From Eledone cirrhosa (taxonomy: Eukaryota): DNA of 39,847 nt. The DNA is taken from contig CAXHJY010000048.1 in assembly GCA_964016885.1 (NCBI GenBank), positions 1 to 39,847 of the forward strand, written 5' to 3'. Positions 16,020 through 26,048 of the stretch are shown in pieces. The notes under the pieces were generated by a model. That model had not been told where the DNA came from. It saw only the letters and a program-made list of their open reading frames with translations, and did not search any database. Positions within the stretch are counted from its first letter, which is position 1; every line of letters starts with the position of its first letter. Made by a program: the position numbers and the translations under genes.

Positions 16020-16725
16020 GTATATTATGTGTGTCTCTATATATATACATATATATGGGTTTAAGTGTGTGTGTGTGGGTTAGCGTGTGTGCATATGTGC
16101 GTATGTATGAGTGTCTGTATGGTATGTGTGTGTTAGCGTATGTCTGTATGCGTGTGTGTCTGTCTGTGCGTGTGTCTGTGTGTATCTGTGTAAGTGTTTG
16201 TGTGTGTGTACAGGAATTCATAAGTTTCCTAAAATATGTCTGTATGCTTAATTTTTCTTAAAAATTATAAACTGGTTCTTCCTGTCAGAGATAATAATCT
16301 GATTTGAGAATAATGCATCTCAAAATATAAACATGGGTGTATATATATATATGTATGTGTTTGTGTTTGTGTGTGTGTTAAATATATATCGACTAGCAGA
16401 AAACCACTCACCGGGTGGTTTTCTGCTAGTCTATATATCTAAAACAGAGAATGTCTGTCTGTCTGTCTGTCTGATCACTAAAACTCGAGAACCACCCAAC
16501 CGATTATTTTCAAACTTTACACATGTAATACTTATGGTCCTGTGAGTGTTTTGAGCAAAATAAATTTCAAATTTTCAATGCCCTACAGACCACATTAGGT
16601 GATTTAGCAATCTCTTTCTATAACTCTTAGTCTTTCTCTTTTTTGATAGATACATAGATATAACGTTGCGCCCTTATAATCTGTCTGTATGCCTGGCTGT
16701 CTGCATTGCGACATTATGATGTAGC

Positions 16726-16771
<46 letters not shown>

Positions 16772-16794
16772 GTATAAAAATCAATACAATATAA

Positions 16795-16869
16795 TTACCT
16801 CATTACCAGAGGTCCCCGAATGAGGCGAATACGAAAGAAACGTCTTCATTCGTTCGTCAGACGAGGCAA
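16795..16869 (-). ncRNA. Hammerhead ribozyme with decayed GAAA (GGGA), inside a PLE-like fragment ~16768-16985
   Basis: Minus strand: ttgcctcgt-CTGACGA-a-cgaatga...tcattcg-GGGA-cc-tct-gG-TA/atgaggtaa, with a 9-bp stem I. Bracketed by a perfect 27-bp inverted repeat 16768-16794/16883-16909. Confidence 0.72.
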
Positions 16870-16985
16870 TATAAAAGATGTTTTATATTGTATTGATTTT
16901 TATACATTAAATTTTGCTCTGGTACTTACATAGAGCACTCTTCACTTCTATGACCTTTTCTGTTTTCAACGGAAATTTCAATACT

Positions 16986-17016
<31 letters not shown>

Positions 17017-17067
17017 TGTAACATTTTTCGAAATATTTACTTCAGCGTTCACAGATTGATTTTTTTT

Positions 17068-17118
17068 AGTTTCAGAAGATCCCGTTAAGGGTGAAAGCAA
17101 CGATTCTTTGTTTAAACT
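17068..17118 (+). ncRNA. Variant hammerhead-like motif (CAGAAGA core), copy 2
   Basis: agttt-CAGAAGA-tccc-gttaa-gggt-GAAA-gcaa-cgattct-ttgt-TT/aaact. Confidence 0.55.
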
Positions 17119-17643
17119 TTAATCTGTTATTTTAATATATATATATATATAATTATATATTCGTGTACAGATATTTTTGCATACACAATAACAAAATATA
17201 AACAAACGTATTTATTTCACGAGGCTCGATAAGGATAAATATATATCAAATATATAAGAACCCTAGAGCAAATCCCGAGCAACGCTGGGCCATTCTGCTA
17301 GTCTATATATCTAAAACAGAGAATGTCTCTCTGTCTGTCTGTCAGCTCACTCAAACTCGAGAACCACCCAACTGATTGTTTTCAAACTTTACACATGTAA
17401 TACTTATGGTCCTGTGAGTGTTTTGAGAAAATAAAATTTCAAATTTTCAATGCCCTAGGGACCGCATTGGGCGATTTAGCGATCTCTCTCTATAATTCTT
17501 AGTCTTTCTCTTTTTAGATAGATACATAGATATAACGTTGCACCCTTATAATATTTGTCTGTAGGTTTGGCCGTCTACATTACGACATTATGACGTTATG
17601 TGTGTGTATATATGTATATATAGTGTGTGTGTATATATATATA

Positions 17644-20600
17644 TAGCGTATCTTCAAAACAAAAAACAAAATCCTTTCCTTCTTCCTTCTTCGAAGGCAC
17701 GGGGCGGTCAAACGCCTAACACTCACAGCCATCATGTGGCCCCCTCCCCTCGCTCTCTCTCTCTCACTCTCTCTCTCTCTCTCTATAAATATATGATAGG
17801 AATTCACTTCGCCAAATTTCATTTCATTGCTTGCTGGCCACGATATTCATGTAAACGTAATGTACAGACTTCATCTCTCTCCCTCCACAAATCTTAATTC
17901 TAGCGTATTTTCAAAACAATCCATATTTCGCTAAAACAAACTACATTTTCTGTTTCTATTAATTGCTAAATACGTAGGTTTTTGGACGTATTTAACAGAA
18001 CAAATTTTGTATTTTTGTTAATCGCTTGTTAAATGCATGGACCCCATTCAATCATTACCTTCTTGCTAGCTATTTTCAAACCTTAATTCCTAACGTATTT
18101 TCAAACCTCAATCCCTAATTCTAGCGTATCTTCAAAACAAAAAACAAAATCCTTTCCTTCTTCCTTCTTCGAAGGCACGGGGCGGTCAAACGCCTAACAC
18201 TCACAGCCATCATGTGGCCCCCTCCCCTCGCTCTCTCTCTCTCACTCTCTCTCTCTCTCTCTATAAATATATGATAGGAATTCACTTCGCCAAATTTCAT
18301 TTCATTGCTTGCTGGCCACGATATTCATGTAAACGTAATGTACAGACTTCATCTCTCTCCCTCCACAAATCTTAATTCTAGCGTATTTTCAAAACAATCC
18401 ATATTTCGCTAAAACAAACTACATTTTCTGTTTCTATTAATTGCTAAATACGTAGGTTTTTGGACGTATTTATCAGAACAAATTTTGTATTTTTGTTAAT
18501 CGCTTGTTAAATGCATGGACCCCATTCAATCATTACCCTCTTGCTAGCTATTTTCAAACCTTAATTCCTAACGTATTTTCAAACCTCAATCCCTAATTCT
18601 AGCGTATCTTCAAAACAAAAAACAAAATCCTTTCCTTCTTCCTTCTTCGAAGGCACGGGGCGGTCAAACGCCTAACACTCACAGCCATCATGTGGCCCCC
18701 TCCCCTCGCTCTCTCTCTCTCACTCTCTCTCTCTCTATATAAATATATGATAGGAATTCACTTCGCCAAATTTCATTTCATTGCTTGCTGGCCACGATAT
18801 TCATGTAAACGTAATGTACAGACTTCATCTCTCTCCCTCCACAAATCTTAATTCTAGCGTATTTTCAAAACAATCCATATTTCGCTAAAACAAACTACAT
18901 TTTCTGTTTCTATTAATTGCTAAATACGTAGGTTTTTGGACGTATTTAACAGAACAAATTTTGTATTTTTGTTAATCGCTTGTTAAATGCATGGACCCCA
19001 TTCAATCATTACCTTCTTGCTAGCTATTTTCAAACCTTAATTCCTAACGTATTTTCAAACCTCAATCCCTAATTCTAGCGTATCTTCAAAACAAAAAACA
19101 AAATCCTTTCCTTCTTCCTTCTTCGAAGGCACGGGGCGGTCAAACGCCTAACACTCACAGCCATCATGTGGCCCCCTCCCCTCGCTCTCTCTCTCTCACT
19201 CTCTCTCTCTCTCTATAAATATATGATAGGAATTCACTTCGCCAAATTTCATTTCATTGCTTGCTGGCCACGATATTCATGTAAACGTAATGTACAGACT
19301 TCATCTCTCTCCCTCCACAAATCTTAATTCTAGCGTATTTTCAAAACAATCCATATTTCGCTAAAACAAACTACATTTTCTGTTTCTATTAATTGCTAAA
19401 TACGTAGGTTTTTGGACGTATTTAACAGAACAAATTTTGTATTTTTGTTAATCGCTTGTTAAATGCATGGACCCCATTCAATCATTACCTTCTTGCTAGC
19501 TATTTTCAAACCTTAATTCCTAACGTATTTTCAAACCTCAATCCCTAATTCTAGCGTATCTTCAAAACAAAAAACAAAATCCTTTCCTTCTTCCTTCTTC
19601 GAAGGCACGGGGCGGTCAAACGCCTAACACTCACAGCCATCATGTGGCCCCCTCCCCTCGCTCTCTCTCTCTCACTCTCTCTCTCTCTCTCTATAAATAT
19701 ATGATAGGAATTCACTTCGCCAAATTTCATTTCATTGCTTGCTGGCCACGATATTCATGTAAACGTAATGTACAGACTTCATCTCTCTCCCTCCACAAAT
19801 CTTAATTCTAGCGTATTTTCAAAACAATCCATATTTCGCTAAAACAAACTACATTTTCTGTTTCTATTAATTGCTAAATACGTAGGTTTTTGGACGTATT
19901 TAACAGAACAAATTTTGTATTTTTGTTAATCGCTTGTTAAATGCATGGACCCCATTCAATCATTACCTTCTTGCTAGCTATTTTCAAACCTTAATTCCTA
20001 ACGTATTTTCAAACCTCAATCCCTAATTCTAGCGTATCTTCAAAACAAAAAACAAAATCCTTTCCTTCTTCCTTCTTCGAAGGCACGGGGCGGTCAAACG
20101 CCTAACACTCACAGCCATCATGTGGCCCCCTCCCCTCGCTCTCTCTCTCTCACTCTCTCTCTCTCTCTCTATAAATATATGATAGGAATTCACTTCGCCA
20201 AATTTCATTTCATTGCTTGCTGGCCACGATATTCATGTAAACGTAATGTACAGACTTCATCTCTCTCCCTCCACAAATCTTAATTCTAGCGTATTTTCAA
20301 AACAATCCATATTTCGCTAAAACAAACTACATTTTCTGTTTCTATTAATTGCTAAATACGTAGGTTTTTGGACGTATTTAACAGAACAAATTTTGTATTT
20401 TTGTTAATCGCTTGTTAAATGCATGGACCCCATTCAATCATTACCTTCTTGCTAGCTATTTTCAAACCTTAATTCCTAACGTATTTTCAAACCTCAATCC
20501 CTAATTCTAGCGTATCTTCAAAACAAAAAACAAAATCCTTTCCTTATTCCTTCTTCGAAGGCACGGGGCGGTCAAACGCCTAACACTCACAGCCATCATG

Positions 20601-21413
20601 TGGCCCCCTCCCCTCGCTCTCTCTCTCTCACTCTCTCTCTCTCTCTATATAAATATATGATAGGAATTCACTTCGCCAAATTTCATTTCATTGCTTGCTG
20701 GCCACGATATTCATGTAAACGTAATGTACAGACTTCATCTCTCTCCCTCCACAAATCTTAATTCTAGCGTATTTTCAAAACAATCCATATTTCGCTAAAA
20801 CAAACTACATTTTCTGTTTCTATTAATTGCTAAATACGTAGGTTTTTGGACGTGTTTAACAGAACAAATTTTGTATTTTTGTTAATCGCTTGTTAAATGC
20901 ATGGACCCCATTCAATCATTACCTTCTTGCTAGCTATTTTCAAACCTTAATTCCTAACGTATTTTCAAACCTCAATCCCTAATTCTAGCGTATCTTCAAA
21001 ACAAAAAACAAAATCCTTTCCTTCTTCCTTCTTCGAAGGCACGGGGCGGTCAAACGCCTAACACTCACAGCCATCATGTGGCCCCCTCCCCTCGCTCTCT
21101 CTCTCTCACTCTCTCTCTCTCTCTCTATAAATATATGATAGGAATTCACTTCGCCAAATTTCATTTCATTGCTTGCTGGCCACGATATTCATGTAAACGT
21201 AATGTACAGACTTCATCTCTCTCCCTCCACAAATCTTAATTCTAGCGTATTTTCAAAACAATCCATATTTCGCTAAAACAAACTACATTTTCTGTTTCTA
21301 TTAATTGCTAAATACGTAGGTTTTTGGACGTATTTAACAGAACAAATTTTGTATTTTTGTTAATCGCTTGTTAAATGCATGGACCCATTCAATCATTACC
21401 TTCTTGCTAGCTA
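17644..21413 (+). repeat. Tandem array of ~7.9 near-identical 476-478 bp units
   Basis: Unit starts (tagcgtatcttcaaaac) at 17644, 18122, 18600, 19076, 19552, 20030, 20508 and 20986. Differences are limited to CT-run length and a few substitutions. Internal subrepeat taattctagcgtattttcaaa. Confidence 0.98.
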
Positions 21414-24400
21414 CCCAACACCCCTCCCTCCACCCCCACGCACCACCATTGCTATCACGTGGACCAATCATAAAACAGAGCCCCCACGCATCACCAGTAT
21501 TATTACGCGGACCAATCAGAAACCAGAGGCCTATACTATCGCTTGCCTGGTTGCCTTTCGATATACGATATATGATGGATGGATGGACTGCGGAATCCTG
21601 GAGAGTGGAGGTGAGAGAGAAAAATCTGGACGCTCAGCGACAATGCCAAAGATAAAGACAAATTCACCTCTTGGACGAGAATGCGAGCACTCCTCATTGT
21701 TTCGACCGCGGACGGCTAACATAACCCCATCGCCCCCCGCCCCTCACCGCCCCCAACCCCCAAACGCAATCCAAAACTTCAGAGTTGGTACCATAAATGT
21801 AGGCACCCTAAAGGGTCGCGCTAACGAGGTTGTAGAAATGCTTGAACGTAAGGAGGTCGATGTTTGTTGTATTCAAGAGACCAGGTGGAGGGGTGGGTCT
21901 GCTAGGTTCATTGAGGGTAAAAAACGATGTTATAAGCTTTTCTGGGTGGGAAACGACGATGGGCTGGGTGGAGTAGGAATCATGGTAGCAGAAAAGTGGG
22001 CAGATAAGATAATAGACGTAAATAGAGTGAACGACAGAATAATTAAAATACGACTTGTCCTCAATAGAACTACGGTGACAGTAATATCTGCGTACGCACC
22101 CCAATCCGGACTGCCCGGCACTATAAAAGACAGATTCTATGAGACACTGATGCTAACTACCTCCCAAATATCCGACAGTGACTATATAATTATCGCAGGC
22201 GACCTAAATGGTCACGTTGGACAACATTGTGACGGCTACGACGAAATCCATGGAGGCTATGGGTTTGGTACTAGAAATGAGGAAGGCGCCAGAATCCTGG
22301 AATTCTGTGATGCAAATAACCTAACTATCTGTAACACTAACTTCAAAAAACGTGACAATCACCTGATCACCTATAGATCCGGGGAACACACAAGCCAGGT
22401 AGATTATATCCTTACCAGAAGACGTGACAGAGTGTCTGTTGTTAACACTAAATCCCTCCCCCATGAAGAATGCACCTCCCAACATAGACTGATAATTAGC
22501 GACCTCATAGTCAGGACGAGACGTACTCGACAACAGAAGAGGACTATCCTCAGGAGGAAAATATGGAAGCTAAAGGACCCCACAGCCAGGAATAAATTTC
22601 AAAGCATATTACTTGATGCTTTCGACAGTAAGGAAGAACATTTAGAGTCGGACAATATAGAGGGAGAGTGGGAATTTCTGAAAGCAAACCTGCTGTTGGC
22701 GACAGACGAGGTCTGTGGCTGGAGCAGGCCTGTAGGCAGGAGGAGAGTAACATGGTGGTGGAACAGTAAGGTGGAGGGGTCAATTAAGGCCAAAAAGCAG
22801 GCTTGGAAAGTATGGCGGGATGGGGGAAGTAGAGAGGACTATCAAGTGGCCAGGAGGGAAGCTAGGAGACAAGTGTACTTAGCAAGAAGGGAAGCTGAGG
22901 AAAGAAAGTTCAAGCATGTTCTACAACGCGATGACCAAAAACGTGAGGTGTTCAGGATTGCTAGGCAATGCGTCAAGGAAAACCGTGATATTGTCGGGGA
23001 GAAGTGTGTACTAAACGACGATGGCATACTTGCCATCACCGACGCTGATAAGAAGGTAGCTTGGAAGTGTCACTATGAAAGGCTACTAAATGAGGAGAAT
23101 AATTGGGAGAAAGGCAGTCTCCCCCATATCGACCCAATAGAGGGACCAGCAGTGTTAGTCGAGGGGAGTATAATAAGTAAGGCAATCAAGGATATGAAGA
23201 CTGGTAAGGCGGCTGGGCCTTCGGAAATAGTTGCTGAGATGCTGAAGGCATCTGGCACGGTGGGACACACCATGGTCACCCGCATAGTTAACCAAGTCGT
23301 ACAGAATGGGGTTGTTCCGAAGGACTGGCATAGCAGCATCATCGTTAACTGTTATAAGGGTAAAGGAGACACCCTAGATAGGAGTAACTATAGAGGCATT
23401 AAATTAATCGACCAGGTCATGAAGGTCACGGAAAAAGTAATAGCGCAACTAATCAGAGAGAGAATTGACCTAGATGAAATGCAGTTCGGGTTTGTGTCAG
23501 GCAAAAGTACCACAGACGCTCTTTTCATAGTACGACAACTACAGGAGAAGTACCTAGCTAAAGGTAAACCCCTCTACTTAGCTTTTGTCGACTTGGAGAA
23601 AGCCTTCGACAGAGTCCCCCGCTCCATTATCTGGTGGGCTCTTAGAAAACTAGGCGTTGACGAATGGCTTGTGAGGGCTATACAAGCCATGTATAAAGAA
23701 ACAGTCAGCAAGGTTAGAATTAACAACGAATATAGTGAAGAGTTTAGCGTAAAAGTTGGCGTCCATCAGGGCTCTGTTCTCAGTCCACTACTATTTATTA
23801 TTGCCCTTCAGGCTATAACAGAGGAGTTCAAGACAGGCTGCCCATGGGAACTCCTATACGCAGACGACCTGACACTCATAGCGGAATCAATGGCCGAGCT
23901 AGAGAAGAAATTCCAAACATGGAAGCACGGCCTAGAGTCAAAAGGACTTAAAATTAACCTGGCTAAGACCAAAGTACTAGTTTGTAGGAAAGAAAACAAG
24001 GCGGCGGTCCCTTCTGGGAAATGGTCGTGCTCGGTGTGTAGGAAAGGCGTAGGTAGAAACTCCATTTTATGTCCTAAATGCAAAGTATGGGTGCATAAAA
24101 GATGTAGTGGGATCACAGGTAAGCTAACTAAGAACATAGATTTTACATGTGGCCGGTGCTCTGGTGCAATAAGTAGCAGCAAGTGCCCACAAACTACTAG
24201 CTCTTTCAATTGCGCAGAGGGTTCTATAGAAATAGTGGACAGCTTCCGTTACCTGGGCGATAAAATCAGCAGTGGGGGAGGGTGCTCTGAAAGTACTGTA
24301 GCTAGAGTCAGAACTGGTTGGAAAAAGTTCAGAGAGCTTATACCACTATTAGCTGCTAAAGGGTTCTCACTAAAAATGAAAGGCAGGTTGTACGATGCCT

Positions 24401-24813
24401 GCATACGAACAGCAATGCTGCATGGCAGTGAGACCTGGGCATTGTGTGCAGAGGATATACGCAGACTAGAGAGGAACGAAGCTTGCATGCTCCGCTGGAT
24501 GTGTAACAGTAATATACGTGAACGGCAAAGCATAAACGAACTAAGGAAAAAATTAGAGATAAGAGGGATCAGATGTTGTTTACTCGAGAGAAGGCTACGT
24601 TGGTATGGACACGTGATGCGCATGAAAGTCGATAGCTGTATAACAAAGTGCAGGGCAATAAAGATAGACGGTAGTCACGGAATAGGCAGACCTAGAAAAA
24701 CCTGGGACGAGCTGATAAACTCCGACATCACACACTTACACCTCTCCAAGACAATGTCACTGGACCGAGACCTTTGGCGGTACTCAGTAACAGAGAAGAC
24801 CCGCCTTACCTAA
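21379..24813 (+). CDS. RTE LINE polyprotein: AP-endonuclease + reverse transcriptase + C4HC3 PHD-like finger
   Basis: APE motifs GTINVGTL, IQETRW, SAYAPQ, GDLNGHVG, VDYIL, SQHR; RT motifs YRGIKL, QFGF, DLEKAFD, GVHQGSVLSPLLF, YADD, FRYLG; RTE-type C-terminus RLRWYGHVMR..GRPRKTW. True start may be a downstream ATG (e.g. 21643). Confidence 0.95.
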   Translation: MDPFNHYLLASYPTPLPPPPRTTIAITWTNHKTEPPRITSIITRTNQKPEAYTIACLVAFRYTIYDGWMDCGILESGGEREKSGRSATMPKIKTNSPLGRECEHSSLFRPRTANITPSPPAPHRPQPPNAIQNFRVGTINVGTLKGRANEVVEMLERKEVDVCCIQETRWRGGSARFIEGKKRCYKLFWVGNDDGLGGVGIMVAEKWADKIIDVNRVNDRIIKIRLVLNRTTVTVISAYAPQSGLPGTIKDRFYETLMLTTSQISDSDYIIIAGDLNGHVGQHCDGYDEIHGGYGFGTRNEEGARILEFCDANNLTICNTNFKKRDNHLITYRSGEHTSQVDYILTRRRDRVSVVNTKSLPHEECTSQHRLIISDLIVRTRRTRQQKRTILRRKIWKLKDPTARNKFQSILLDAFDSKEEHLESDNIEGEWEFLKANLLLATDEVCGWSRPVGRRRVTWWWNSKVEGSIKAKKQAWKVWRDGGSREDYQVARREARRQVYLARREAEERKFKHVLQRDDQKREVFRIARQCVKENRDIVGEKCVLNDDGILAITDADKKVAWKCHYERLLNEENNWEKGSLPHIDPIEGPAVLVEGSIISKAIKDMKTGKAAGPSEIVAEMLKASGTVGHTMVTRIVNQVVQNGVVPKDWHSSIIVNCYKGKGDTLDRSNYRGIKLIDQVMKVTEKVIAQLIRERIDLDEMQFGFVSGKSTTDALFIVRQLQEKYLAKGKPLYLAFVDLEKAFDRVPRSIIWWALRKLGVDEWLVRAIQAMYKETVSKVRINNEYSEEFSVKVGVHQGSVLSPLLFIIALQAITEEFKTGCPWELLYADDLTLIAESMAELEKKFQTWKHGLESKGLKINLAKTKVLVCRKENKAAVPSGKWSCSVCRKGVGRNSILCPKCKVWVHKRCSGITGKLTKNIDFTCGRCSGAISSSKCPQTTSSFNCAEGSIEIVDSFRYLGDKISSGGGCSESTVARVRTGWKKFRELIPLLAAKGFSLKMKGRLYDACIRTAMLHGSETWALCAEDIRRLERNEACMLRWMCNSNIRERQSINELRKKLEIRGIRCCLLERRLRWYGHVMRMKVDSCITKCRAIKIDGSHGIGRPRKTWDELINSDITHLHLSKTMSLDRDLWRYSVTEKTRLT

Positions 24814-25212
24814 ATATATAGTAAAACCTACTCCAGCCAGTAGGCATCTCTAACAAAATACACCCCGTCCCACCACCACCACCCCCACCCGATCCACACC
24901 ACCCCGTTCTATGTAAAGTTATGTTGGTGCCGCGCCATCGAGGCCGAAACAAATGAGATCGTGTAGGTGTCACGACAAAAAAACACACAGTCCACGCTGT
25001 AATGTGGCCGTGTAGGCAACACGGTAAAAACCTCCCAGACCCACACTGTAAATGTGGTTGGTGTTAGGAAGGGCATCCAACTGTAGAAAACCTGCCAGAC
25101 AGTCCTATGCGAGCAAGACAATCACTCTTGCCTCAAGTGGGACTATCCCCGTCCAAACCCATGCAAGCGTGGAACACGGACGTTAAACGTTGATGATGAT
25201 GATGATGATGAT
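21414..25212 (+). mobile_element. Apparently full-length RTE-clade LINE
   Basis: Single uninterrupted APE-RT ORF, ~380-nt 3' UTR, (GAT)n tail at ~25192-25212; 5' boundary uncertain. Confidence 0.93.
21433..21528 (+). promoter_or_regulatory. Two 48-bp direct repeats each with a CCAAT box; candidate internal promoter
   Basis: cccccacgca..GGACCAATCA..cagag at 21433-21480 and 21481-21528; the first copy also has CACGTG. Confidence 0.4.
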
Positions 25213-25266
25213 AGTGTGTAACGTTTTTCAAAATATTTACTTCTGCGTTCAGATTGATTTTTTTTT

Positions 25267-25317
25267 AGTTTCAGAAGATCCTGTTAAGGGTGAAAGCAGC
25301 GATTCTTTGCTTAAACT
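25267..25317 (+). ncRNA. Variant hammerhead-like motif (CAGAAGA core), copy 3
   Basis: agttt-CAGAAGA-tcct-gttaa-gggt-GAAA-gca-gcgattctt-tgc-TT/aaact. Confidence 0.55.
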
Positions 25318-25558
25318 TTAATTTGTTATTTTAATATATATATATGTATATATAATTATATATTTGTATACATATTTTTACATACACAATAATCAAATAT
25401 ATAAGAACACTAGAGCAAATCCCGAGCAATGCCGGGCCATTCTGCTAGTCTTATATAAATGTTGATACTTATACTTATCTAGGCTCCCATATCATGTATC
25501 CTCCTAATGTTCTTATGACAAAGTTTTGATATTATATTTGTGTTTGACTTTTGTTATC

Positions 25559-25605
25559 TACTCCGATGATTCCGGCCTTGAGCTAGGATGAAACGATCGT
25601 AAGTG
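25559..25605 (+). ncRNA. Minimal hammerhead ribozyme (U4C variant) in PLE-like fragment ~25450-25730
   Basis: tact-CCGATGA-ttccggc-cttga-gctaggat-GAAA-c-GATC-G-TA/agtg; palindromic stem/loop III ACGATCGT. Confidence 0.75.
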
Positions 25606-25785
25606 ATTAAATGTTTTGAGGACTCTTTGATTGTCATTTGTATTGTATTTCAGCTCTGTAGTATACTTGTTATTTTACATTGAGCTATTTTCATACTTGT
25701 AACTGGGTAATATTTATTATTACCCACCATATATATATATATATTTATAATATAAGATCAAAAGATGGTTAAAGGAGTTCCATGT

Positions 25786-25854
25786 ATTTTATTATGCGCA
25801 TTTCAAAAACAAACATCATCATGCAATAATATTTGTGTTTTCATCAGATAAAAC
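25786..25854 (-). ncRNA. Hammerhead ribozyme, intact core (mirror copy)
   Basis: Exact reverse complement of 25980-26048. Confidence 0.85.
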
Positions 25855-25979
25855 AGGAGAACATGATATGAAGGCTAAAAAACACTTGTGGATAGTGCAG
25901 TTTTAAAACAACATATCATATGTTGTTTTAAAACTGCACTATCCACAAGTGTTTTTTAGCCTTCATATCATGTTCTCCT

Positions 25980-26048
25980 GTTTTATCTGATGAAAACACA
26001 AATATTATTGCATGATGATGTTTGTTTTTGAAATGCGCATAATAAAAT
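25980..26048 (+). ncRNA. Minimal type-I hammerhead ribozyme, intact core
   Basis: gttttat-CTGATGA-[aaacacaaatattatt-gcat-gatgatgtttgttttt]-GAAA-t-GCGC-A-TA/ataaaat. 7-bp stem I, 16-position stem II with 1 mismatch, palindromic ATGCGCAT stem/loop III, AUA triplet. Confidence 0.85.

Larger units (their letters stand above)
16430..17301 (+). mobile_element. Non-autonomous Helitron, tandem unit 1
   Basis: 5' TC (tctatatatctaaaacagagaatgtctgtctgtctg); 3' subterminal hairpin cccgagcaacgctggg then CTAG (17298-17301); no TSD; both ends are repeated in unit 2. Confidence 0.82.
17302..25448 (+). mobile_element. Non-autonomous Helitron, tandem unit 2, interrupted by tandem array plus RTE LINE
   Basis: 17302-~17595 repeats 16430-~16720; 25211-25448 repeats 17011-17301; ends cccgagcaatgccggg..ctgCTAG|T. 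Confidence 0.8.

Noticed and set aside
17644-21413. CRISPR-like array or retron-like RT plus repeat system
   Set aside because: Units are contiguous with no unique spacers, there are no cas genes, and the adjacent RT is a eukaryotic APE-type LINE.
14737-24623. Antisense ORFs overlapping RTE copies (e.g. 15061-15462, 23808-24209)
   Set aside because: Shadow ORFs of the RT coding strand, repeated only because the LINE is repeated.
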